22,906 nucleotides of DNA from Opitutales bacterium (GCA_049599475.1 JBMYOQ010000068.1:1-22906), one strand, 5' to 3'; shown: positions 1 through 7,903, numbered from the stretch's first letter. Translations and numbers: made by a program. The notes: generated by a model from the sequence alone, not told the origin.

Positions 1-2
1 CC

Positions 3-52
3 GTAGACAAAACCATATAACCATAAAGCTCAATAATTATTCGAACTGGTAT
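3..52. repeat. Left copy of a 50-bp perfect inverted repeat bounding the window (probable terminus of a multicopy IS/MITE)
   Basis: GTAGACAAAACCATATAACCATAAAGCTCAATAATTATTCGAACTGGTAT at 3-52 is the exact reverse complement of 22857-22906. Identity breaks at 53/22856. The repeat is seen directly; the IS interpretation is inference. Confidence 0.9.
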
Positions 53-2469
53 AAATTGCGGTTGTCTTTTACCGGGGCTAAGGGATTTGTCATCAAATAT
101 GTAGGATAACGCATCTCATGCCCATCGGCAGTAATATAGCCGCTGGGTTTAAGCTGAAGATCGTAGGCAGCGATCGGCAGTGGATTATTGATGTCCGAAT
201 TAGCTAAGATATCGATGTCCTGATCAAGTGTCCACTCATATTCCGGGACACTTTTGGTTTCGAATATTGAAGGGTCGAAACGGTAAGATGCTGCCAACTG
301 CTCATTTATCGGAGTATGCTCGTATCCGATACCTGGAGACATTATGTTTGCAGCAAAACTCGAAGCAACGGGCCAGCGCGAGTCGCTGATATTGGACTGA
401 ATAGTGGAAGTGCCCTCAGCTTGGAAAAAGGTTTGGTAGGATGCAAAGTTGCTTGCGTATCGATAGCCCTTATCATCGGAACCGTCTGTCATGTTTGCTA
501 AGACTCGAGTGAGGTTACTATTCCCATAGCCTCCAAAAGAAGTGGATAGTGTAACCGAGGTCGCATTTGTATAGAATTCTTGGCCAAAATTTAGGTTGCC
601 TGTGGTGCTGTTTAGGTTCGAACCTTTCCAATTAGCCGAAGCTCCGCTTATTTCGGATGAGACCTGTGACGTTCTATTGGGAACACCTTCGTAAGCCTTT
701 ATTTCGCCGGCATTGAAGCTCCCTGGTGCGACCATGGCGCGTGTTCTGAGATCGTCCGAGCCACTTTCCCAACTACTTTCAGATGTATTGTTTATCGGTG
801 TCCCGGTACCGGTTTCGTACATGAAAGCACGTAGGTTGAATCCTCGTCTCGTTTCTGTTGAGAAATAGTCGTGATTTAACTGAATGTTATACGGATTGTG
901 ATAAACGAAAGTATCTCGCGTCTGTTCCCGCACCCGATATTTGTTATAGTCGACAGTCGCCACAGTGTGCGTGCCGGTTGCATCGAAGTGGATGCCTATT
1001 TCGGTAATGATTCTGATATTCAACGGGCCGTAGGTGCCTGCTACCATGGATGGGATGTCAAAGCCTCGTGAACGCAGGGGATCTCCTTCGGTTTCTAAGA
1101 ATGAAGTGCCGTTGCTCATAGTCCTTATTCCGCTCACCACATCGCTTGGAATGCCTGGTACGTCTCTGCAATTGATTTGTGATGTCCCATTGAAGTTGAG
1201 CGCTCGCCCCCCGGTCATCATATAGGCAGGGTGTAAAGACGCGTCGTCACTCAGCGCGTCTGGGTAATCATACAAAGGGTTCGGGTGATGCAAGTTGGGA
1301 CCAAAAATGCGGACGTCCATTTCAGGGGCAGTCATCACATTCTCCACTTCGTGGTAGAGTTGGTAATAGTCGCGTAAAATGTGCCAAGTTGGGCCGTGAG
1401 CGGGGACACTTACACCGTCTGGGCTGGTGTTCTCTAGCCAGAAAATGGGTTGTACATCGAAGGTTGCACCCGCCCAGGGTGAGTAGGCGTTGGGGCCAGC
1501 TCCGGCAAATTCTGATAGATTGAAGTCCGCCTCGCTCATCTCAAATGCGAGGGATAGATCCTTCTTGAGTCCGCCGTTTTTGACGTCCGAGAGCACGCCC
1601 ATGGCGTGGGTGTTAAGATGGTGGAAGTACTGATTCCCGATTTTTTCGGTGCCGTCGTTGGTATTAGAATCTGCGGCGAAATTTACGTGCTCCAGAGCGG
1701 ATATCGCTGTAGGGTCATTGCGGTAGAAATTCTCAAATGCAGAAGTGTCGAGACCGTCTAAGGCCAGGGGGACGCTCAGTGGGCTCGCATTGGCGAAGTG
1801 TATCGAAAGCTCCTTCGCCTCTTTTGAGTCTGGATTCTCAATAGTTGGGGAAGTCGTGTTGATGCGCGCCTTTAGGTTTTCGTCACCGATCCACCATGCG
1901 TAGCGCCCGACGGTATCGCTACCGTCTGTGAGGGTGGTGTATGAGGCATCTACAGAAATTTGTTCGGTGGCGACTTCGGCTTGGCCGTCGCCATCTGCAT
2001 CCAGGGACCCGGGCCCGACAAGGATTACGGTGTTGTCTGGATCGGTGCTCACGGGTTCAGTATTGTAGCCGGCGCGTAGGGTTCCGCTGGTATCTTTGGC
2101 GTCTGAGGCTAGCCAAGAAACCAGTTCGCCTTGCGAAAACGACTGCCCTCCGATGTCAACATCGGCGCTGGACCATACCCCAATTGCGTGCAGGCGGGAA
2201 CTGTCAGAATCGGCGAATTGATTGGCGGGTGCGGAGACGCGTTGATCGGGTCCCATCGCATTTTGTAGCTCACCCAGGGCTAGGCGCATAGCGAGCACCG
2301 CATTTTGCTGTGCGAGAATATCGCTCCTGTCACCACCAGAGGTCTTATCTTCGAAGCGAATGATCACGGTGAGGCTCAATACAATGAGTACGAGCAATGA
2401 GATCAGCACGAGGCTCATTACTAGGGCGAAACCCGTGTGGGTTGTCGATCTACGAGGCATTTTTTGCAT
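37..2469 (-). CDS. Large PilX/GspK-like prepilin-domain protein (Verru_Chthon cassette protein A-like), probably C-terminally truncated by the repeat
   Basis: Class III signal-like N-terminus (RRSTTHTG|FALVMSLVLISLLVLIVLSL, no Glu5). Contains AQQNA...ALGELQ...GPDQRVSA, GRYAWWIGDENLKARIN and GVLSDVKNGGLKKDLS, motifs I recognise from large verrucomicrobial PilX-like proteins. The last codons (YQFE*) lie inside the terminal repeat. Confidence 0.7.
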   Translation of the reverse strand: MQKMPRRSTTHTGFALVMSLVLISLLVLIVLSLTVIIRFEDKTSGGDRSDILAQQNAVLAMRLALGELQNAMGPDQRVSAPANQFADSDSSRLHAIGVWSSADVDIGGQSFSQGELVSWLASDAKDTSGTLRAGYNTEPVSTDPDNTVILVGPGSLDADGDGQAEVATEQISVDASYTTLTDGSDTVGRYAWWIGDENLKARINTTSPTIENPDSKEAKELSIHFANASPLSVPLALDGLDTSAFENFYRNDPTAISALEHVNFAADSNTNDGTEKIGNQYFHHLNTHAMGVLSDVKNGGLKKDLSLAFEMSEADFNLSEFAGAGPNAYSPWAGATFDVQPIFWLENTSPDGVSVPAHGPTWHILRDYYQLYHEVENVMTAPEMDVRIFGPNLHHPNPLYDYPDALSDDASLHPAYMMTGGRALNFNGTSQINCRDVPGIPSDVVSGIRTMSNGTSFLETEGDPLRSRGFDIPSMVAGTYGPLNIRIITEIGIHFDATGTHTVATVDYNKYRVREQTRDTFVYHNPYNIQLNHDYFSTETRRGFNLRAFMYETGTGTPINNTSESSWESGSDDLRTRAMVAPGSFNAGEIKAYEGVPNRTSQVSSEISGASANWKGSNLNSTTGNLNFGQEFYTNATSVTLSTSFGGYGNSNLTRVLANMTDGSDDKGYRYASNFASYQTFFQAEGTSTIQSNISDSRWPVASSFAANIMSPGIGYEHTPINEQLAASYRFDPSIFETKSVPEYEWTLDQDIDILANSDINNPLPIAAYDLQLKPSGYITADGHEMRYPTYLMTNPLAPVKDNRNLYQFE

Positions 2470-2745
2470 GACGATGAGGGTTGGGAAGTGGTGGTTCCCG
2501 GTGTCGCATCCATGGTCTGGAGCGGCCCCTTTTACGTCGGATCGGAGATCTGAATCTGAAAATGTTAAACTAGTTTTCCGCTCCGGAATTGGCCGGTGCC
2601 TTGTTTAACCATCAGTTTAAGCAGTATCGTAAGCGTGGTGGCGCAAACTCATTGAGAAACCGTATGGGTATCCAGGTTTCGCTGAGAATAGATTATCGGA
2701 AATTACTCTATTTTTACTTTGTTAAATCGATAACCGACTTTTTTT

Positions 2746-2793
2746 AACCACGAATAAACACGAATGCGGCGCCGTCGTATGGAGAATTCGTGT
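2746..2793. repeat. Degenerate REP-like palindromic element (AACCACGAATAAACACGAAT ... ATTCGTGT)
   Basis: Tandem CACGAAT units at 2746-2765 and an inverted ATTCGTGT at 2786-2793, intergenic downstream of the multiheme cytochrome gene. Confidence 0.5.
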
Positions 2794-2845
2794 GAATCTG
2801 GCCCGCTTTACGGAGCGCATTCAAAGTAGCGAGGGTGTCGCTCGC

Positions 2846-4177
2846 CTACTTGCGGCTTTCTTCTGTGCGAATCTTTTCCTCTCGGGCCCATTCTAAGCTT
2901 TCAATGTTCACGGACGGATGCCCAACGAAATTGCGTTTTATGAGCTCTTCGTCGGCGAGGGCATTGAGTGTGAACTGGAGGCCATGACACTGGATACATG
3001 AGGTGCGGATCATTTTTTCATTTGGCCGCAAAGTGTTGTTTTGGTTGTGATCGACTCGGATCTTAGTCTCGCCGAACTCGTTCACTTCGATTCGCGGCAT
3101 GTGGCAGGTGGCGCAGCTTACGCCGGTATTTGGCGCTGCCAGGCCTTTAATTTCCTGTTCCCAGGCCATGAAGTGCTTCGAGTTGATGTAATTGTTCGAG
3201 TGTTCGTCGCCGTGACACTGCATACATGCCTGCGTCGCCGCGTATTGGGTGTCGAACTCATGGCCACCGTGGCAGCTGATACAATTCAGCTCCTTGTGCG
3301 CAGCGCTGGCTTTCATCTCTAGGCGAGCGAGCTCTGGGCGCATGGGCGACAAGCCCTGGGCGATTCGCATCCCGTGCATGCCTTCGAGGAAGGATTTGTT
3401 CTCGTATTCGTGGCACTTTACGCAGCTCATGTGGGTGGGCTTCTCCACCCAGAAATTTGGGCCTTGAGATTTGTCGCCGTGACAATCCATGCAATTTACG
3501 CCTGCGGCCGCATGGCTGGAGGCTTCCCAGCTGGTGTGCCAGTCTGTGTCGTCTGCGGTTTTTACGGGAGCGTCTGCTTCAGGTATACCAGCAGATGCAG
3601 CGGCCATCTCATCGTAGAAACTACGGGCCAAGAGATGGGGATCTTCTAGATGGTTGGGCTGATCCAGATTTTCGACGAGGAAGCGTTCGTAGAGAGCTGA
3701 ATTGTCGTGGAAATTGTGGCAGCCTGCAGTTGCGCAGGTATCGAAGGTGAGGTCTGCGTGGGTTTCGCGCTCATCGAAGATCGTTTCGTGGCAGTAGACA
3801 CAATAATCCTTCGGTAGGGTGACTCCCATTTCGAGTGTAGTGTCCGGGCTGTGCTCTTTATGGCAGGCAATGCATTTGGTCGCCTCGATGTTTTCTAGGC
3901 GTGGGGCGTTCCGAGGATCTTTAAATTTTATAACTGGATGCGAGTCGTCCACGCGCTTGAGCTCGTCGGCATGACACTGGGTGCAGGCATTCTGTTTTAC
4001 GCCTTGGTTGGGTGTATGACACACCGCACAGGCCAACTCAATCTGATGGTGACCGTGAGACATCTCGCCGGGAGCGACGAATTCAGGCGACTCTTGATTC
4101 AGTGAATAGGTGAGGCCCGCCGCTAGAGAAATCGAGGCGACGATCCAGATATTCCAAAGTTTGAATTTCTTGAGCAT
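2846..4177 (-). CDS. Membrane-anchored/periplasmic multiheme c-type cytochrome, 11 predicted hemes
   Basis: N-terminal hydrophobic anchor (LWNIWIVASISLAAGLTYSL). Ten CxxCH motifs (CAVCH, CTQCH, CIACH, CVYCH, CMDCH, CVKCH, CISCH, CMQCH, CATCH, CIQCH) plus one Cx4CH (CATAGCH). Many spare His residues for distal ligation. No CxxCK. Confidence 0.92.
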   Translation of the reverse strand: MLKKFKLWNIWIVASISLAAGLTYSLNQESPEFVAPGEMSHGHHQIELACAVCHTPNQGVKQNACTQCHADELKRVDDSHPVIKFKDPRNAPRLENIEATKCIACHKEHSPDTTLEMGVTLPKDYCVYCHETIFDERETHADLTFDTCATAGCHNFHDNSALYERFLVENLDQPNHLEDPHLLARSFYDEMAAASAGIPEADAPVKTADDTDWHTSWEASSHAAAGVNCMDCHGDKSQGPNFWVEKPTHMSCVKCHEYENKSFLEGMHGMRIAQGLSPMRPELARLEMKASAAHKELNCISCHGGHEFDTQYAATQACMQCHGDEHSNNYINSKHFMAWEQEIKGLAAPNTGVSCATCHMPRIEVNEFGETKIRVDHNQNNTLRPNEKMIRTSCIQCHGLQFTLNALADEELIKRNFVGHPSVNIESLEWAREEKIRTEESRK

Positions 4178-4178
4178 C

Positions 4179-6155
4179 TTAGTAGAGGTAGACCTTTGCT
4201 ATGTGGATGCCTAAGAGGGCGATGTAGGGCCACAGGAGAGCCATGTGGATGGCTGTTGCCGCGGATCGGATTTGACGTCCGCGAATTCCCTGGAAGCGGT
4301 GTTCTTGAGAAAGCGTCACGGCGACGAGTGCGCCCGTGGTATTCAGGGTGATGAAAGTGGCTGCGAGCCAAAAGTTTAGGCGATCTCCAAGGCTGAAACC
4401 CGTGTGTAGGAACAACCCAATTAGCGTAGTGAGGCCTAAGGTCGTGTGGAAATTGCGCCAGAATTGATAGTTGCCCCACTTAAACCAGCGTGTGCGCTTA
4501 CGCAGGGATACAATCAATGAAATTGCACTGGCCCCCGCGATGCTGAATCCGGTGATCTGTTTGGTAAGCGTCTCGTTCCAGAGTCGACTGAATTTATAGA
4601 GTGCCGATTGAACGGTATCGGTGGGGTTGATACCAGGTACAAAAATGAATGCTAATACGAAAATTGCAGCTAAGGCGCCCATGATTGGCATCCAGACATG
4701 CTTTTTTACAGCCGGTGCTTCGTCGCTCTCCGTGTTGCTTTCTCCAGTCAATTGGCGCAGCTGAGGTACGCACGATTCGCATACGGTGCCAGCGCGGCAA
4801 GCGCTTCCGAGGGCCTCTACAGTGTTGTGTCCTTCGCCGATTAGATTGCGCAGTTTGCCACATGTCATGCCTGTACAACTACACACAACTGCGTTGTCTG
4901 GCCAAAGCTGAGAATCGGTGTCCGGGAGAATCTCCGGGATGTCGCCTGTCTGAGGAAATTGGCGTAGGGACCGGGCGGCTATACGGACGCGAGTGGAAAC
5001 AGCGGATTCCAAGGCGCTGCCTTGATCCCATTTTCCGATCGAAATCGCTCCCTGTAGGTTGCCTTTGTCTAGAGAAATATAGCGATACGCTTCGTCCGTT
5101 TTATACTCACTGGTCCGACCGTCGTCGAGATAGGAGCCAAACATGGATACTTCCAGAGGACCTACGTTGAGCCGGGAGCTGAGCGTGCTTCCCTCATAGG
5201 TGACGCTTTGGCCGGTAAGCCGTTTTGCCAATACGTCTGCCATGGCATAACCGGGAGCGACGAGTCCGTACCGTGTGCCTCGATACATGGCGCAGGCGCC
5301 GATGGCGTAGATGTCGGGCTGGTTTGTTTGCAGGGTATCATCTATGAGGATACCTCCTTGGACACCCGAATTGATCCCTGATGGATCGGCAAATTCGCTA
5401 TTGGCTTGGTCGCCTGTGGCGACGACACAGAAGTCGCACCAGATGTTCTCGCCATCGGACGTTTCCAGAATCAGCCCATCATCATCGGGCGTTATGGATC
5501 GAGTGTCTTTCTTCGGCAAAATTTCGATGCCGAGTTTACGGAAAGATTCGAGTAAATGTTGACCCGCGGGTTCGTTGAGTTGGCGGGGCATGGGCCAGCG
5601 CGCGATCTCGTAGACGGTCACTTTACAGTTTCGTTGGGTCAAGGCATAGGCAGCCTCGAGTCCCAGGAGACCGCCACCGAGCACCACTACATTTTTTGGG
5701 GCATCAAGATTTTTCTCAATGCTGCGCAGATCTTTAAGACTGCGGTAGGTGTAAACATTTGGGCTATGGATGCCTGGAATGTTGGGGACGCGCGGTTTTG
5801 CTCCGGTAGCCAAAACCAGCGAGTCGTAATCATGGTAATGGCCCGAGCGACACAAGATTTGCTTGCGGTCCGGGAAAATTTCAAAGACGCGATCGCCGTT
5901 TATGAATTCGACGCCAGTGCTGTCATACCATGACTGAGGCCTCAGTTCGTCGACCTCGGCATCTGGAGAGGCGAGGGCCTGACTGAGATGAATGCGGTCG
6001 TAGGGTAGCCCCTTCTCATCTCCAATAACCTTTATACTTAGTTTGTTCTTTTTGCTTTGATGTCGAAGTAAGGCCTCGCAGAAGTAATGACCAACCATGC
6101 CGTGACCAACAACGATCACAGAGTGGGCTGAGTCCTTTTTTGCTTTGCTAGGCAT
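4179..6155 (-). CDS. NirB-like FAD/NAD(P)H oxidoreductase with one BFD-like [2Fe-2S] domain, fused to a C-terminal ~5-TM probable diheme-b membrane domain
   Basis: VIVVGHGMVGH (FAD), LVLATGA, VVVLGGGLLGLEAA (NAD), TNQPDIYAIGACA and GLVAPGYAMA match the NirB/NasB N-terminal module. VCSC...AGTVCESC is BFD-like. The C-terminus has five hydrophobic segments, two with H-x13-H pairs (FHTTLGLTTLIGLFLH, IHMALLWPYIALLGIH). No siroheme/[4Fe-4S] domain. Confidence 0.88.
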   Translation of the reverse strand: MPSKAKKDSAHSVIVVGHGMVGHYFCEALLRHQSKKNKLSIKVIGDEKGLPYDRIHLSQALASPDAEVDELRPQSWYDSTGVEFINGDRVFEIFPDRKQILCRSGHYHDYDSLVLATGAKPRVPNIPGIHSPNVYTYRSLKDLRSIEKNLDAPKNVVVLGGGLLGLEAAYALTQRNCKVTVYEIARWPMPRQLNEPAGQHLLESFRKLGIEILPKKDTRSITPDDDGLILETSDGENIWCDFCVVATGDQANSEFADPSGINSGVQGGILIDDTLQTNQPDIYAIGACAMYRGTRYGLVAPGYAMADVLAKRLTGQSVTYEGSTLSSRLNVGPLEVSMFGSYLDDGRTSEYKTDEAYRYISLDKGNLQGAISIGKWDQGSALESAVSTRVRIAARSLRQFPQTGDIPEILPDTDSQLWPDNAVVCSCTGMTCGKLRNLIGEGHNTVEALGSACRAGTVCESCVPQLRQLTGESNTESDEAPAVKKHVWMPIMGALAAIFVLAFIFVPGINPTDTVQSALYKFSRLWNETLTKQITGFSIAGASAISLIVSLRKRTRWFKWGNYQFWRNFHTTLGLTTLIGLFLHTGFSLGDRLNFWLAATFITLNTTGALVAVTLSQEHRFQGIRGRQIRSAATAIHMALLWPYIALLGIHIAKVYLY

Positions 6156-6167
6156 TATTTTGACACA

Positions 6168-6217
6168 AAGAAAAACCGCCTATCGAAGCCGGTTCCGTTT
6201 GCCGGCCTTCGATAGGC
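6168..6217 (-). terminator. Intra-operon stem-loop / intrinsic terminator-like element between the globin and oxidoreductase genes
   Basis: GCCTATCGAAG (6178-6188) pairs with CTTCGATAGGC (6207-6217), extended by CCGG/CCGG. On the minus strand it is followed by GGTTTTTCTTT. Confidence 0.65.
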
Positions 6218-6250
6218 TAGATATTCAATACTGTTTGAGCGCTTAGTGTC

Positions 6251-6733
6251 TTATCCTTCTGCTGCCGCGTCCTTCATGGTCGTGGCGAGCAGGGTGTAAG
6301 TCTTGAGCCAAGCTACTTTTACTTCTTCAGTGAAGGCATCTCCAAGGCCTTGTCCCAAAGTCCAGATGAGTGCTGAACCTACAGTGTCGTAGTGCTCGTC
6401 TTTCACTCCATATCCAGCGTGGCGCTTGCCCATGGCTTGGACTGCGCCGACAATTGTATCGAGTTTATCAAGACCATTCACCGCTGTGGTGATCATAGTC
6501 ATGAGCTTCTTTCCTTGCTCTTTAATGTCGGTCTTGAAAAGCGGTTTTACGCTTGGATCAAGCTCGAATAGTTTGCCGTAAAAAAGATCAGCAGCTGTTT
6601 CCGCGATTGGAATACATTTGCCCCAGCTCTCTTGTACGAGCTGAATTTCTTTTTCTGTGATAGGTGCAGTTAGGTCAGGTTCAGACATTTTCTTTTCAGG
6701 TTTAGAAAACAGAGATTTGATGAAATTGATCAT
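6251..6733 (-). CDS. Single-domain 3/3 bacterial globin (flavohemoglobin-type globin domain without reductase; probable NO dioxygenase/NO-binding)
   Basis: LVQESW (A helix), LFYGKLFELDP (TyrB10), PLF (PheCD1), EQGKKL (GlnE7), MGKRHAGYGV (HisF8), HYDTVGSAL, AW...Y. The start overlaps the cytochrome c5 stop (ATGA). Confidence 0.93.
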   Translation of the reverse strand: MINFIKSLFSKPEKKMSEPDLTAPITEKEIQLVQESWGKCIPIAETAADLFYGKLFELDPSVKPLFKTDIKEQGKKLMTMITTAVNGLDKLDTIVGAVQAMGKRHAGYGVKDEHYDTVGSALIWTLGQGLGDAFTEEVKVAWLKTYTLLATTMKDAAAEG

Positions 6734-7164
6734 TTGCTTGAGTAGGTTACGAAATCGACAGCGAGTTTAACTTCTTCGTCAGTCAGGTCGGTGAATCCTC
6801 CTTTAGGAGGCATTTGATTATAGCTAGGGCCAATGAAGCCCTCGATGGCATGCTTGTAAAGCGTCTCTTTACCCTTGGCGATGCGAGTAGACCATGCAGC
6901 GACATCTCCAATTTTTGGAGCGCCTCCGAGGCCTGTCAAGTGACACTGTGAGCAGGTAGCCATCCATATTTTACGCCCGTCAATAAGGCCAGGTTCAGAC
7001 AATTCCAGTGCCATCGGATCGAATGCCTTAGGCTCTGGCTTGCTAGAAGCTGACGGTGTTGTATCACCCGACTTCTTTCCACAACCGATGAACGCTAGCA
7101 TGCAGACTACGAACATCGTAAGTGCGAGAAAAAAGGCAGGTGCGGAGATACCACGCTCACTCAT
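6730..7164 (-). CDS. Cytochrome c5-family monoheme lipoprotein
   Basis: Lipobox-like LAFIG|C, then a low-complexity linker. CSQCH, GAPKIGD..AW..RI..G...LY.HAI.GF and MPPKGG (distal Met) are typical of the c5 class. Confidence 0.88.
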   Translation of the reverse strand: MSERGISAPAFFLALTMFVVCMLAFIGCGKKSGDTTPSASSKPEPKAFDPMALELSEPGLIDGRKIWMATCSQCHLTGLGGAPKIGDVAAWSTRIAKGKETLYKHAIEGFIGPSYNQMPPKGGFTDLTDEEVKLAVDFVTYSSK

Positions 7165-7176
7165 TGTTCGTAATGA

Positions 7177-7761
7177 TTAAGCGTCGATTGGTATGCGAAT
7201 AACCACGCCTCCCATGACATCTCCAAGTTCGAAATCTGTCTTAGGGCTGTCCTTGTGCTCATTGTGGCAGGTTACGCAAACCGGCGCTACTGCGATGTCA
7301 GGATAAATTGCGGTGAAGTATTTCTGACCCCCGAGGCTTTCCTCAGAGTAGAAGTTTTCACCTACATTATCAGCGATATACTGTAGACCTTCTTTCTCAA
7401 CGTCAGTCTGAGTCGCAGCATTTGGTTTGTTGATTGGCCATAGAGATTGGAGCGAATAGCTGAAAAAAGCATCTTTTTCCGCGGTAAGCTCTGCACCCAT
7501 ACGAAACATTTGCGCTGGAAGGGGCAGAGCCTTGTCTTCCATGAATTGTTCGCTGGCTTTGATTACCTTTTCACCCTTAACGAGGCGGTTAACCACCTGT
7601 TGCGTGTAAACGGTACGATCATTTTCGAGGACCATATGCAGCGCGTCGGCCGCCTTCTGGTAGCTGAGGGTTGGACCCTCAGCGCTAGATTCTCCGCAGC
7701 CTGTAAACAGGAGCGCTCCGGCAGCTGCGAGAGAACTGATGATAGCAGTGTTTTTTTTCAT
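7177..7761 (-). CDS. DUF3365 / Tll0287-like monoheme c lipoprotein
   Basis: Lipobox LLFTG|C. Contains R.VYT..VV, LPLPAQM, SLWPINK.N, YFTAIYPD.AV...CVTCHN and LGDVMGGVVIRIP. Start moved from 7797 to the ATG at 7761 (MKKNTA..., normal signal peptide); the upstream ATG lies inside the predicted promoter/operator. Confidence 0.85.
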   Translation of the reverse strand: MKKNTAIISSLAAAGALLFTGCGESSAEGPTLSYQKAADALHMVLENDRTVYTQQVVNRLVKGEKVIKASEQFMEDKALPLPAQMFRMGAELTAEKDAFFSYSLQSLWPINKPNAATQTDVEKEGLQYIADNVGENFYSEESLGGQKYFTAIYPDIAVAPVCVTCHNEHKDSPKTDFELGDVMGGVVIRIPIDA

Positions 7762-7792
7762 ATTGAGAGAGGCACAGAAATGCCTGCGCGTT

Positions 7793-7815
7793 AACATGCA
7801 TCCAGAATGCCACTT
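7793..7815 (-). promoter_or_regulatory. Overlapping sigma-54 (-24/-12)-like promoter and NsrR-like operator for the heme-protein operon
   Basis: The minus strand reads AAGTGGCATTCTGGATGCATGTT. TGGCAT-TCTGG-ATGCA has the GG/GC spacing of the RpoN consensus TGGCAC-N5-TTGC. The 23-mer also aligns with the NsrR 11-1-11 consensus AAGATGYATTTNAAATRCATCTT (GCAT-N5-ATGC core). It ends 31 nt upstream of ATG 7761. Confidence 0.6.
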
Positions 7816-7903
7816 TAAGCATCAAGCTAAATTTTGGTAAAAAATGTACTTAGAATGCTGGTTTAGGAGAGCTTTTGCTCATTATTAGCCAGTAAAATGG
7901 CAT

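Noticed and set aside
3..52. Terminal repeat as a CRISPR repeat
   Set aside because: Only two copies, inverted and 22.8 kb apart. No spacer array and no cas genes.
2846..4177. Calling this gene nrfA, hao or mtrA
   Set aside because: No CxxCK motif, 11 rather than 5, 8 or 10 heme motifs, and no nrfH/nrfBCD or MtrB-like porin gene adjacent.
4179..6155. Calling this gene nirB (assimilatory nitrite reductase)
   Set aside because: It lacks the second BFD and the siroheme/[4Fe-4S] catalytic domains, and there is no nirD or cysG nearby. The C-terminus is a membrane domain.
7762..7797. ORF-track N-terminal extension of the DUF3365 gene; likewise extensions at 9374-9433, 13770-13832 and 21491-21526
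   Set aside because: The extensions precede the natural signal peptide or the conserved domain start, and the first overlaps the predicted promoter. Downstream ATGs were preferred.
7820..7900. NorR binding sites (GT-N7-AC triplet) upstream of the sigma-54-like promoter
   Set aside because: I could not find correctly spaced GT-N7-AC repeats by eye, and no norR gene is in the window.
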